Source: Eledone cirrhosa (taxonomy: Eukaryota). Taken from it: a stretch of 64,000 nucleotides of DNA. Made by a program: the position numbers and the translations under genes. This document shows, piece after piece, positions 13,508-26,280 of the stretch (position 1 is its first letter; the number at the start of each line of letters is the position of its first letter). The notes beneath the pieces are model-generated. The model saw only the letters and a list, made by a program, of their open reading frames with translations. It did not search any database and was not told the DNA's origin. The stretch covers positions 37,634,001 to 37,698,000 of the forward strand of contig OZ024754.1 of the NCBI GenBank assembly GCA_964016885.1. Reading direction: 5' to 3'.

Positions 13508-13762
13508 GTTGTTTACACTCTACTAATGTATTGAGAACCTTACTGTGGTTACCCCTGATTGAACCGGGACTCACACACATATATGTATATTTAATATAAA
13601 AGTATCAAAGATCGATGGTATTAATTGAACGTTCTACCTCACTCAATGAATCTGTCGAATTGCAGTAATGCAATCGGTTGTTCAGAGTGCACACATTTAA
13701 TTAATAGTAGAAACGGTGGCTGTGTTTTGGTAGAGATAAAACTAGAAATCTCATTATATACA

Positions 13763-13839
13763 CAGGGTGACCAAAAATGTATACACACTTTAACACCATT
13801 CTAATCAAAGTGTGTATACATTTTGGGGGACACCCTCTG
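13763..13839. mobile_element. Tc1/mariner-type MITE
   Basis: TIRs cagggtgaccaaaaatgtatacacacttt / aaagtgtgtatacattttgggggacaccct. Confidence 0.6.
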
Positions 13840-13904
13840 TGTGTGTGCGTCTGTGCTTACGTATTTTATCTTTCAATTTCTCTCATTTTTACTAACCTAT
13901 CTAG

Positions 13905-13988
13905 TTTTGGTCAACAACAACGCTGTCTTTCTGATATTGTATCTGACCATCAGAACCATGTTACCTTCTCTTGAAATTAAATTGCACG
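13905..13988 (+). CDS. SLC46-family MFS transporter, exon 3
   Basis: actaac branch point and ctag acceptor; 84 nt, phase 1-1, VLVNNNAVFLILYLTIRTMLPSLEIKLH(G); donor gtaaag. Confidence 0.75.
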
Positions 13989-14605
13989 GTAAAGTTATCT
14001 TTATGAAAAATCTGAATCACTTGCTCCAATCTCTCTCACTCACTCACTCACTCACTCTCTCTGTCGCTCTCTCTCCCTCTGTCTCTCTCCTCTCTCTCTC
14101 AGTCACTCTCTTTCACTTCTTTTGTCTAATGTTCATTCACTGGTGTATGTCTCTCTGTCTCCACATCACTCTCACTCCCTCACCCCCTCTCTCTCCCCTC
14201 TCTCTCAGTCACTCTCTCTCACTTCTTTTGTCTAATGTTCTTTCACCGACTGTATGTCTCTCCGTTTTTTTCTTTCGTTTTCTCTCTATTTTTTTCTCTC
14301 ACTCTCTTTCGTTCTTTCACTGTCTATTTGTATCTCATCCCTCCCTCTCTATCTATGTATATATTTATCTCTATATATCTATCTATCTTTCACTGACTGC
14401 GTACATGCACATATACGTATCTGATATTTTGTTAAGTTTGTGTCTAAATCTAACCTTGGAGAGACATGCTACCTCCTCCTTCAAGCGAATGCTTACATGA
14501 GTGAACTCTACTAAAAGTATCCAAGAAGTCCAGTTGGGGAGTGTTCACCCGGGGACACTGGATTAATAGTCTGGAAACATAAATTTACATTCTGTCCCCT
14601 ATTTT

Positions 14606-14886
14606 AGTGTTCTCCAATCTTTTTTATACCACGGGCCGGCTTGATGCCAGACTCTCTTTCCGTGGTCGGTCCAGTAGTTGCTCATATGTGTTATTTAAGT
14701 ACATTTCGCTAAAGAGAGCAATAATAAAAACAGAAATTTATTAAAGTAGATGATTATTGAATATTTAAACAAATCTTTTAAAATTAAAGTCCAATATTCA
14801 ATTTATCTATTATATAATATATAATTTTAAACAAGTTAATTATTTCTTTGTGGCCCGGTAGCAAATGATCTGTGACCTGGTGGTTC
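14606..14886. mobile_element. Probable hAT (Charlie-like) non-autonomous DNA transposon remnant
   Basis: Starts tagtgttctccaatctttttt..ccacgggccgg; ends gtggcccggtagcaaatgatc.gtgacc.ggtggtt. Confidence 0.4.
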
Positions 14887-14934
14887 CCCTATTTTACATA
14901 AGTTATATATTTCTTTTGTCTCTTTATTCTTTAG

Positions 14935-15091
14935 GTTATCTCTATGCCTTGTTGTTCACTATGAATTCATTTGGTACAACACTAATGTTACCTCTACTCA
15001 ATACGATATATTTGAAAACATTCACATACTTTCCTGGTGCTGTATTTTGCCCCTATGCCGCAATCCTTTTTATTGCTACAGTCATTCAAAT
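14935..15091 (+). CDS. SLC46-family MFS transporter, exon 4
   Basis: Pyrimidine tract and ttag acceptor; GYLYAL...LNTIYLKTFTYFPGAVF matches the SLC46 N.IY..T....PG..F motif; donor gtaagt, phase 2. Confidence 0.85.
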
Positions 15092-15113
15092 GTAAGTAGA
15101 CAATTCTTTTGTT

Positions 15114-15292
15114 ATTGGCAGTATCGGTAGAGGGTCGGACGCCATGCTTTCCAGCATAGTTACGTCCCTTTACGATCTGAGTTCAAATCCCACCGAGGTT
15201 GACTTTGCCTTTCATCCTTACGGGGTCGATAAAATAAAGTACCAGTAATGCACTGAAAATTGCTGGCCTTGTGCCTAACGTAGAAACAATTA
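15114..15292 (+). mobile_element. tRNA-derived SINE
   Basis: A-box tggcagtatcggtag, B-box gagttcaaatccc; same family as 691-884. Confidence 0.75.
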
Positions 15293-15590
15293 TTTAAAAA
15301 AAATTAAATTGATAATTTGATATCTCTATTATTAACAAGTGAAGGCACCAGGCTTAGTGATTAGAGAATTGGATTCGCAATCGTGAGGTTGCGAGTTCGA
15401 CACATTATGTCCTTGAGCAACACACTTTTTATATCACGCTACTTTATGTGCCAGGAGTGGCGACTAGTAGATAGTATCAACAATGGAAAGACCATATATC
15501 CACTGTATGTATCAGATAGGGTTTGGTAAAAACCAGCTAGACCATAACCCACGAGAGTACTCGATACTTGGGGTAGCAGAGTGGGTTATA

Positions 15591-15710
15591 TGAAAAGATT
15601 CAGGACTCCCGACAGCTAAGCTCCGGCTGTTTCGACAGCTAGATCCGAACTGTTTGGATCTAGCTGTCGAAATGGCTGGAGCTCGGCCGTCGGGGTCCTC
15701 AATCTTTTCA
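15591..15710. repeat. 120-bp GC-rich palindrome/hairpin in SLC46 intron 4
   Basis: tgaaaagatt.aggac..cgacagctagatccgaac t gtttggatctagctgtcg..gtcct.aatcttttca. Confidence 0.85.
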
Positions 15711-15715
15711 CATTG

Positions 15716-15748
<33 letters not shown>

Positions 15749-16089
15749 ATGTGTGTGTGTATATATTTTTGCCACATCGCCAGTCTGAAGAGCAGATTGA
15801 TAATGGAGACGAGTCCATAACTCCTAAGGATGACCTTGAGCCAATCTTCTGTGATACGCGCATAACAGGTCGATATCATCATCATCATCTTTTAACCTCT
15901 ATCTTCCACGTTAGTATGGGTTAGACAGGTTTGTCCCATTTGAGGCAATTTGGCTCGGGTGACCGTGTCTCGCTCGTATAGGACTGTTTCTAACTGGTTT
16001 TCTACGGCTGGATGTCCTTCCTAACGCCAAACACATTTATAGAGTGTTTGGGTGCTTTTTGTCGTGACACCTACACGCTATTTTACAGA

Positions 16090-16661
16090 GTGCCATGTTC
16101 GTGGATGCTACCCCTGGAGGGAAATTAGCTAAGCAATGTAGAAAGGCCCTAACAAAGACCCATCTAAAGATTAAAGTTGTAGAAAAGCTAGGAACTACCA
16201 GAATATCCCTGATCAGCAAGACACATCCCCTTTAAGAAAACCCACTGTACGAATAAGAAATGTGTTATATGTAAAATGAATCCCCAGATAAATTGTAAAA
16301 CTAGAAATGTAGTCTATAGCATAATATGTACAGAGGGAACTTTCAGAAACATGACAACGACATACAAAGGTGAGATAGCCCAAAGCACAGCACAAAGAAT
16401 AGACCAACACTGTGGGGGAACTAAAAGGAAAAAAAACAAAACAAAATGGTTCAGTACTATATGAACACTCCAGACAAAAACATGACCTTAATATAGACAA
16501 CATAGCAATTAAAATAATATCTAAGCATAGAAATGACTTAACAAGTAAGGCGAATTAGATAAGCAACTGAGATAGAACTAAGAAAACCAAAATTAAATAG
16601 AAAGACCGAATGAAATAACAACAACCATACCCAAACAATACTGACCTCAGGGAAATAGAAA

Positions 16662-16696
<35 letters not shown>

Positions 16697-17119
16697 ATAC
16701 ACAAGTACAATAACAACAAACATATAAATACACACTAGTGAACAAAGATAGAATACAAAAACAAAAACACATACACTCAAACGCGAACACACACACCAAA
16801 CATTAAACACACATGCAAACGCATGCGCAGAGACAGAGACAAGAAGAAATAAATACATTAAAAAAATGAAAGGCTTTACAATACAACGGGAGGAAACATA
16901 ATAGTACCACTGATGCTGTCGCATATGTGTGATGAAAGAACTTTGATATATATTTATATCTGTATTTTTAACCGTTGGTCAATCAATGATAAACATTGAT
17001 TGCCAGATAAATTAACTATGGAGATATAAAAGATACAGAAAGAAAACCAACCCAACCCAAACAGTGAGTGTGCTCTGTTATTATTTCTGGCAATATTATA
17101 ACAATATGACCCTCCCCAA

Positions 17120-17121
<2 letters not shown>
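16090..17121 (+). mobile_element. Penelope-like element 3' remnant with GIY-YIG endonuclease fragment
   Basis: ORF 16276-16464 CKTRNVVYSIICTE...TYKGEIAQSTAQRIDQH matches the PLE pattern C...vVY.I.C...YiGeT.....R..eH; ends in (TA)n. Confidence 0.7.
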
Positions 17122-17204
<83 letters not shown>

Positions 17205-17266
17205 ACAAATGTAAGTTAACAGGTAATCTTTGTTTTGTTTTTTGTTGTTGTTGTTCTTTTTTCTGT

Positions 17267-17302
17267 CCAATATTTCGGGACCTAAAAGTCCCTTCTTCAG
17301 GG
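17267..17302 (-). ncRNA. Minimal hammerhead-like motif (Penelope type)
   Basis: CC-CUGAAGA-A-GGGAC(uuuuag)GUCCC-GAAAUAUU-GG on minus strand. Confidence 0.4.
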
Positions 17303-17614
17303 TTTAAGGAACTTTCAGAGGATAATGTTCCACAAAAAACAAAACAAATATTACCAGGTAACTTACTTTTCATTACCTCATCTTACAGTCCATTTTGTAT
17401 TGTTTAGCCTTCTATCTCTTTCCACGTTATATATATTACCTCTCTAAGACAATGACACTGGATCGAGAGCTCTGGCGCCATGCAGTTGTACAGAAGACCC
17501 GACTGTCATTGCATACAAACCTACAGTCAGAAGGCACCTCTTAACCCTATGTACACCCCACCCCATATACCCCCCACCATCCTCTCTTTCCCTTTCCGTC
17601 CACTGTGTCAATGA

Positions 17615-17866
17615 CACAACAGTCCACACTGTAAGGTGGTTGTGTAGGTGACACGGTAAAAAGGCTCCCAGTCCACACTGTAAATGTGGTTGGTGTTAGG
17701 TAGGGCATCCAGCTGTAATGAAACCTGGCAGAGACACTTCCATACGAACGAGACACGGTGTCTCGACCATTCCTGCATCAAATGGAACCTAACCGTCTAA
17801 CCCATGCTAGCGTGGAAAATGTATCTTAAACGACAATGGTAATGATGATGATGATGATGATGATGA
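17615..17866 (+). mobile_element. SINE/RTE-tail repeat ending in (GAT)n
   Basis: gtggttggtgttagg.agggcatccagc...catgctagc.tggaaaa....ttaaacga(tga)n; other copies near 6870-7020, 7545-7630, 7810-7900(-), 15875-16075(-), 19365-19617, 20790-20840. Confidence 0.65.
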
Positions 17867-17881
17867 TATATATATATATGT

Positions 17882-18032
<151 letters not shown>

Positions 18033-18065
18033 CGAACCATGGGTTATTTTTATTTGTTTTAACAG

Positions 18066-18111
18066 TGGACTGCGGTTTTCAGAAGTTTGGAAGAAAATAT
18101 GGAGTCATTAA
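18066..18111 (+). CDS. SLC46-family MFS transporter, exon 5 (terminal)
   Basis: ttttaacag acceptor, phase 2 gives (I)[14 protein letters not shown]; total CDS 1344 nt = 447 aa. Confidence 0.65.
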
Positions 18112-18189
18112 GGAGAAGCAGTGATAAAAACAGTGTTGCTAATAATTTCAAGAATTATTTACTGCTGCAATTTGGTCATCTACAAAAAG

Positions 18190-18195
18190 AATAAA
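18190..18195 (+). terminator. Candidate polyadenylation signal of SLC46-like gene
   Basis: AATAAA ~80 nt after the stop codon, followed by GT-rich sequence. Confidence 0.4.
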
Positions 18196-19272
18196 ACATC
18201 GCTAAAATGGCAATGAGGTTTCGTTTTTATTGTGGTATATGTATATGCCTGCGTGTGTGTGTTTGCGTGTGTGTGTGTGTATGTGTGTGTGTGTTGTGTA
18301 TGTATGTGAGAGGGATTCAGAGAGAGGAAAAGAGAGGGAAAGAGATATAGAGAAATATATATAGTTTAAAATATTCTTTAAACTAGACTACGAGACCCCT
18401 TAATTATAAGGTAACCGACATAGCCCTGCAGCCGACATAGCCCATATGTAAATCCAGTACTACCTTGAGACGCCATTGCTTCAGTGAACAAGTTACCGCC
18501 TCTTCTCCTTTTCATGAAACTACCTCAAGTTTCCTACCATTGTGCTTACTAATCATTTTTTCAATATTGCTCAACAAACCACGTGTCATTTCCCTGTTCC
18601 TCTAAAATTATTTAACATTTTTCATACAAAATTATTTGGTTTCAAATTCTGTACTACTATAAATTTTGTATTAAAAGTTCTTGTAATAGCAAGTAATTTG
18701 AGTGAGATTTAGCTGCTATGTTTAGCAGCTTTACACATATTAAGTCGATAGAAAAGTTTCGTGCTTCACAATTTACACTCCTGTTTGGTTTCAATTTCTG
18801 GGCCAATTTAAATTTTGGATTAACAGTTCTAACAAAATCGAGTGGGTTGAAAGGAATGTAATTGCTATTTTTAGCAGGTCAACCGACCTAGTATATGGTT
18901 TCAGTCATTAGACTGTGGCCATGTTGGAGCCACATTAATGTTTGTTTCGAGTTTGGCACTTACTTCATCGATTTCGTTTTGTCGAACCGCTACTTTGCGT
19001 GGATATAAACAAACAGTAAACGCAAAGGGCACACACTGCTTCGACCGACCTTATTATTCAACCAGAGGCTACAGTAAAAGATACTTGTTCAAGGTGGTAT
19101 GTAATGTGACTGAGCTTGACCACAATGACAATCTCCCTGTCTCTCATATATATTTACACACATACACTCATATGTGCGTAAGTATACATATATATATATA
19201 TATATATATGTGTACTTACAAAGATATATGTATAATATATACACAAATATATATATATAAACCATTATCATG

Positions 19273-19355
<83 letters not shown>

Positions 19356-19613
19356 ATGTTGGTACCACAAAACATCCAGCCCACACTAAAGTGGTTGTGT
19401 AGGTGACATGACATAAAGCACCCAGCACACACTGTAGATGTGGTTGGCGCTAGGAAGGGCATCCAGCCATAGAAAACCAGCCAGAAACAGTCGTATATGA
19501 GCGAGACACGGTTACCCATCTCAATTTGCCTCTAAATGGGACAATCCCGTCTAACCTATGCTAGCGTGGAAGAAAGACGTTAAACGACGATGTGATGATG
19601 ATGATGATGATGA

Positions 19614-19688
<75 letters not shown>

Positions 19689-19767
19689 TTGTAATAAAAT
19701 GAAAACGAAATTTCATTTCTCACTCTTAGTACGGCACTTACTCAATTAATTATTTATATATATATAT

Positions 19768-19951
19768 AAATAATTTTGAAAACCGTACAATGCTTTAGAA
19801 AATTAAAAGGGATAAGATAATAACATTTTACCTTAGAAAACTTTATAATCCCAAATATTTTCGCATTTAAAAATTTACTAAGGTAACATTCTATTGTTAT
19901 CTTATCACTTTTGATTTTCTAATGCATTGTATGGTTTTCAAAATTATTTAA
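19768..19951. repeat. AT-rich inverted repeat
   Basis: aaataattttgaaaacc.tacaatgc.ttagaaaat.aaaag.gataagataa vs reverse complement. Confidence 0.8.
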
Positions 19952-20049
19952 ATTTGTGTTTCCTATTCAACAATGCCTCAAGCAAACTACAACACTCTGG
20001 GTTTTTTACAAAATGAAAAATAACCGAGGTGTCCTACACGAGTGAAAGT

Positions 20050-20267
20050 GTAAGGAAAAAAGATGAAATCGAAAATGCAACTGGAGTCTTATTTTTAAAT
20101 ATATATATATATTTATTTGGTTCCTTTACCGGTTTCGCAGTTCTTCTGCTTTTCAAAAGTAGAGTTGAGATGGAGGGTCTGTAGTTTTTCTCACATCTGG
20201 AACCAAATAAATATATATATTTAAAAAAAAATAAGACTCCAGTTGCATTTTCGATTTCATCTTTTTT

Positions 20268-20272
<5 letters not shown>
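20050..20272. repeat. Inverted repeat next to (TA)n with a degenerate hammerhead-like motif in the loop
   Basis: aaggaaaaaagatgaaatcgaaaatgcaactggagtcttattttt...ttggttcc vs reverse complement; minus-strand loop ttgaaaa-gcag-aagaa-ctgc-gaaaccggt. Confidence 0.75.
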
Positions 20273-20325
<53 letters not shown>

Positions 20326-20727
20326 TAGAACTTTAGTCTTTGTCACGTTTACTTTTAGATCTATCAATTCTAGATTTTACTTTCATATCTGGAATTTTGC
20401 CTGTAACTCTTCTACAAGTTTAGCCATCAGAAAACAGTAGATCCCATGGATAGCCAGTTTTAAACTCCCCTTTTTATGGCATGGAGAACAATCTATTGTA
20501 CATTAATAATATTTAATTGTTAATTTAAGAAAAGTACATTTAAAGGAAAGACAATGTCATTAAAAGGATTTCACAAAACTTTATTTTTTAGTAACAAATA
20601 CAATTGACAGAGTGACCAACGATCTAAAAAGATATTTCCTACTTTTACTCCTAATATGATAGGTAGATAATTTGAAACAAAATTAAAGAAACACACATAT
20701 ATATAATCAGGGAAAAGCGGACGCAAA

Positions 20728-20762
<35 letters not shown>

Positions 20763-20850
20763 ATATATATATATATATAAGCAGACCTGTCTAACCCATG
20801 CAAGAATGGAAAATAGACATTAAACAGTGATGATGATGATATATATAGAT

Positions 20851-20985
<135 letters not shown>

Positions 20986-21075
20986 TTGTAAGGTTGCAGG
21001 TAAATGCGTCCGTAGGAGGTATGCCGGTTGAGCACTCGATGCTCGCACAGAGCAGAGTATAATACTATAAAGAAC

Positions 21076-21267
21076 GAGGAATCAGTGTTGTATCATGTCA
21101 CATTTATTAACATATAACAGATGTTTCTCCGACGTTCGGCTCGAGGCAGGATCTGTTACATATCGAACCCGACTCTGCATTCGAAGGATCTTCAGATATG
21201 TTTTGTGTGTCTGAACACAGATATGTAATATGTTAATAAATGTGACATGATGCAACAGTGATTCCTC
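21076..21267. repeat. Inverted repeat (40-bp arms) enclosing a CTGAAGA-TCC...GGA-GAAA motif on minus
   Basis: Arms 21076-21115 and 21228-21267. Confidence 0.7.
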
Positions 21268-21389
21268 ATTCTTGTAATGCTGAACGCAAGAGCAAGAATG
21301 AGGGGTTCATTCTACTGACATGGCTTTAAAAAAGAGGCTGTTTGCATAATTGCGAACGAATCGAATATTATTATTAATATTTGAAAATA

Positions 21390-21580
21390 TAGGGGCAGTG
21401 GATTGGCAGTATCGGTAGAGGGTCGGACACCATACTTTCCAGCATAGTTACGTCCCTTTACGATCTGAGTTCAAATACCACCGAGGTTGATTTTGCCTTT
21501 CATCCTTACGGGGTCGATAAAATAAAGTACCAGTAATGCACTGGATAATTGCTGGCCTTGTGCCTAACATAGAAACAATT
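21390..21580 (+). mobile_element. tRNA-derived SINE with 18-bp target-site duplication
   Basis: TSD attattaatatttgaaaa on both sides; empty-site paralog at ~21931-22060. Confidence 0.8.
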
Positions 21581-22304
21581 ATTAATATTTGAAAAACTCA
21601 GATTACATTTATTGTATTCAGCCATGTAGAACGATCATTTTAAAAATTATTACTTAAATAAGGCAAAGCCGGTCATTAATCGCTGGTATACAGGAAACTG
21701 GCTGGCCTGCCTGCTGATGTGCAAATCTGGCTGATCAGTGGATCTGCTAATATGCAGATCTGATTGATCAGCCAGTCTGCTAATATGTAAATCAGGCCGA
21801 TCAGTCACTGGATATTTTAGATAATATCATATATTTTCACTAGCTCTGACAGTTGGCAGGTGATCAGTGAGCTGTATTGATGAAGGGTAATCACCCAGAA
21901 ACATTAGTATCTGCAGTGCTGTTTACATGCCAACACAAGAGCAAGAACGAGGGGCTTATTCTACTGATATGGCTTAAAAAAAGAGGCTTTTGTATAATTG
22001 CAAACGAATCGAATATTGTTATTAATATTTGAAAAACTGTATTCAGCCAAATAGAGCGATCATTTTTTTTTTTTTATATTTCAAAAAGATTCTTTTATTT
22101 CACAAAATGTGGAAAAATTTAATTTCATTCCAAAATTTGGATCACCAGCATTTATAACACGAGTAACTTGGGTTTAACCTCTATCAGTTGCAGGGTTCAC
22201 AAATTCCGTTGCATGGTTTTGTTGTATGACAACAACACCTACCTGTAGTTGTAAACATAGGTTTAAATATATCAAATGTCTATAGAAGTAAAAAAAAATG
22301 TTAG

Positions 22305-22418
22305 TTGATGATGATGACGATGGTGGGGGTGGCGGTGGGGGTGGTGGTGGCGGTGGCGGCGGTGGCGGTGATTTTGGCGGTGATGGTGGTGATGATGATG
22401 ATGGTGATGATGATGATT
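22305..22418. repeat. (GAT)/(GGT)/(GGC) trinucleotide repeat
   Basis: Direct inspection. Confidence 0.9.
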
Positions 22419-22422
22419 ATGA

Positions 22423-23850
22423 GGCCAACCATATTTTGGGAAAGGGAAAGTCAACTAAATCGACACAAGTGCACTTTATCGACTCCGTAAGGATGAAAGG
22501 GAAATCTGACCTCGGCGGGATTTGAACTCAAAACGTAAAGGGCCATAACTCTATGCCGTTAAGCATGTTGTCCGACGCTCTACTGATTCTGCCAATCCAT
22601 CACCCTAAGCTAAAAATAAATAAGAATTAAGTAAAGCTTGTACAGTTACACTGGTAAGCTCGTGATTAAAGAACGAATGTTGTTTTTTCTTTCTTTTAAT
22701 TTACGTGTTTACCGTGTCATTTATATCTCAAGTATTGTCATTTAGTACCCAGTAAGGGTAATTACACTTGCTTTTTCTTCTTCTTGTCCCACTTATTCAT
22801 GAGAGGGTCGTGTGAGCAGAGTCCTCAAACACTCCTTCCAGCGGGTTTGTCAGAAGCAACCGTCTCCAACTGGTCTGGATGAAACCCCAAGCGTGACGAG
22901 CGAAGCACAAGGATGTTATCAACCATGTTGCTCGGGGTCTACCCCGGAGTCTCCTACCTGTTGGTTTTGCCCATAAAATTTGTCCAACGATTCTTTCCTG
23001 AGACATTCTAACCACATGTCCATATTATCGGAACTATGATATCTCAATTCGGAGAAAAAAAACAAAAACAAAACAAAAGGAATCCTAGTTCAAATTTTGT
23101 CATTAAGAAAAGAAAAAAAAAAGTTAAATGAATCAGATCTAAACAGATTCTTAGTATTTTTCTTTCCGCCATTTTTTTTGAGACAGTTAGAACAAGAACA
23201 ACGCTATTGCTCGAGAATTTACCTTTCAATTATTTTTTCCAATTGAAAACGCAACAAGTCACAAATACGTACACACACATACACACACACACACACACGC
23301 AACGCACACATACAAACACACACACATGCACACATATATACACACACACGCACACATGCACACATATATACACACACACGCACACACATAGATATATACA
23401 CCATCTCCTCCAATTGGTAAAATAATATGGACGAAAGGTAATTCCGTCAATATTATTTTACCAATTGCTGGCCTTTTGCCAAAAGTAGAAATAATTATTT
23501 TACCAAACAATGGACTGGGGTAATTGCTGTCCTTGTGCCAAAAGTAGAAATATTATTTTACCAAACATCTCAGCAAGCAGCTGTATGTAAGTAAATCAAT
23601 GGAGAAGGTAGGCAACTGACATATTTTTTCGCTACCTAAACATTTCCTTCGATGCGAATTAAAATTCCCAATGTAGAAAGAAAGGAAATAGAAAAATAAT
23701 AGAAAATAAAACCAAAATTCGGATAATTTTCGTCCATGCTGACCGTCTACAATTAATATAATTTTAAAAGAATTTTACAGAACTGTTTGGATTTTATATT
23801 AATATTTCGAGATAAGTAAGCAGTTCAATTCTTTCAAATGTTAATTACAT

Positions 23851-23870
<20 letters not shown>
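22423..23870. repeat. Segmental duplication copy 2 (upstream flank of large monomer array)
   Basis: Colinear with 691-2035. Confidence 0.9.
22798..23019 (-). mobile_element. RTE-clade LINE 3' fragment
   Basis: GHVVRMSQERIVGQILWAKPTGRRLRGRPRATW matches the RTE C-terminal GH..RM...R.RGRP..W motif; absent from the paralogous site at ~1075. Confidence 0.75.
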
Positions 23871-23930
<60 letters not shown>

Positions 23931-24792
23931 ACGCACACGCACACACACAGATACATACGTACATGCGTGCATGTATGCATGCATGCATACATACATACAT
24001 ACATACATACAGTGTAAGTGTGTGTGTGTGTACATACATGCATACATACATACACACATACACACACACACACATACACAAACAGGCGCACACACATACA
24101 AACACACACAGATACACGCACATGCACACACACACACGCACGCACACAAACACACACGCAGACACTCAAGTTTATTCGAATTTGTAGGGATATCCGAGTA
24201 AATACATAATTCATTTTACAAGGATTTGTTACAAACAACATGGCTGAACGCAACAACACCAACAGCATTAAGGAAGAACAGAAGGAAAACAACGAGAAAG
24301 GTAAACAAAATTTACATGCATACATACATACATACATACATACATACATACATACATACATACATACATACATACATACATACATACATACAGATATACA
24401 TACATCATTTATTCGAATTCGTAGAGGTATCCAACTAAATACATTATTCATTTTACAAGGATTTGCTACAAACAACATGGCTGAACACAGCAAGACCAGC
24501 AACATTAAGGAAGCAATGAAGAAACTCAGCGAGAAAGGTAAACAAAATTTACATACATACATACATACAAACATCTTTTTGAATTCGTAGAGATATCTGA
24601 CTAAATACATAATTCATTTTACACGAATCTGCTATAATCAGCAAGGCTGAACACAAGGGCACAAAAATCATTAAAGAAGTAGCGAAGAAAAACGACAAGA
24701 AAGCTATACAAAATTTACATAAATACATACAAAAATACATACATACATACATACATACATACATACATACATACATACATACATACATACAT

Positions 24793-25403
24793 GGTGGCTG
24801 CCAACTCGTTTTCGAGTACGGCCACCACTTTATATCCATGTAGGAGAACCCCTACCGATGCGCTAAACAAGTGTGACTTTTTAGTCCAGCCAGTGACTTG
24901 AAAACTCTGGTACAAACACTACACTTGTGACAATTATTGACACACATAGTGCTGGGCCCATAGTACCATGTGACGACAAGTGCAGGGAGATCTCCAGATA
25001 TAAAGCAATGCCTGTGCCGTGAAGCTTTTATAGTGAGCAAAGGCACTGCACAAAGCCAGTCCCACTCTCTTAACCAAGATAATATTTACCAAAAAGAAGA
25101 ACAAGTCAACATCATTGGATACCATCAGGATTGCAGGTGTTATATCAGAGTTTTCCTTCTCCTACAATTCTGCCTTGACAAAGGCTAAGGGGTCATCTCT
25201 CCCAGTGATTTGGGATGGCCATTGACTCTAAAGAGCTCATTTGCCCTTTGACAGGTTTTGTTTTTAGTCCTGCAGGATGTCCAAAGTCACCCTCCCTCAC
25301 CAAGAAACCTTGGTGGGGTTGCCAGTTTAGTCGCCAACGACCCGACCATGGGACAGGTTGTACTGGGATACATGTTACCAGTAGCACCAACTGGTGACCT
25401 GAC
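24793..25403 (-). mobile_element. Bipartite RTE-derived non-autonomous element
   Basis: RTE-type 5'UTR motif ggagaaggaaaactctga plus C2H2 end, CTCG-AAAA-CGAG hairpin and (ATGT)n tail. Confidence 0.7.
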
Positions 25404-25534
25404 ACATACATATATATTTATATATGTATGTATATATGTATGTATGTATACATATATGTATATATATATGCACGTATGCATGTATATATATAATCAATAA
25501 CAAAGAACGCCTATAGCATATGCATATCTTTACT

Positions 25535-25580
25535 TGCTAACATTGTTTCATCCGCACTATAAGTGGGACTCATCAGAGCA
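25535..25580 (-). ncRNA. Type I minimal hammerhead ribozyme
   Basis: UGCU-CUGAUGA-GUCC.CAC(uuaua)GUG.c.GGAU-GAAAC-aau-GUU-AGCA: intact core, stems I and II pair, 2-bp stem III. Confidence 0.6.
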
Positions 25581-25684
25581 TAAAGGTTAATTACATACCA
25601 CACAAGCAATAACAAATCCAAGACATTGAAGAAATAAAGAATGAAAAATAATAAAAGATAAAAGATAAAAGATATTGAGGAAGT

Positions 25685-26280
25685 AAAAATAAAAATAAAA
25701 ATAAAAATAAAAATAAAAATAAACATTGAAAAATAAACAATGAAAAATAATTGAAAAATAAGGGGTGCTATCAGTCACAGTTGGGCGGGGTGCTGTCAAC
25801 ATATAGTTACATACAAGCATACACATGGATAAGAGAACAGACAAGAATAGATAAGATAGATAGGATTAGGTAAGAGTAGATAAAAAATAGGTGAAAAATA
25901 GGTAAAAAATAGACTTATAATATATATAAGAAAATATAAAAAAACATACATATAAAATATAAAATATAAAGATAATAGTGATACAGGGTAAGGAATGAAA
26001 TAAAATAGAATAAAATAATATAAAATTAAAATTAAAATTATATAAAATAGAATATAATATAATATAATAATAAAATAAGATAAAATAAAATAAAATAAAA
26101 TAAAATAAGATAAAATAAAATAAACTAAAATAAAATAAAATAAACTAAAATAAAATAATATAATATAAGATATAATTAAATAAATAAAATTAAATAAATA
26201 AAATTAAATAAAATGAAATGAAATAAAATAAAATAAAATAAAATAAAATAAAGTAAATTGAGATAAGATATATATTTTTT
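25685..26280. repeat. (TAAAA)n-type low-complexity tract
   Basis: Direct inspection. Confidence 0.9.

Noticed and set aside
13823-14500. 225-aa Leu/Ser-rich ORF
   Set aside because: Only 13905-13988 is exonic; the rest is (CT)-rich low complexity.
15114-15200. tRNA genes at SINE heads
   Set aside because: A/B boxes are present but there is no intact cloverleaf, and each is followed by a shared SINE body.
22272-22525. Poly-His / poly-Gly-Asp ORFs
   Set aside because: Trinucleotide repeat running into a SINE.
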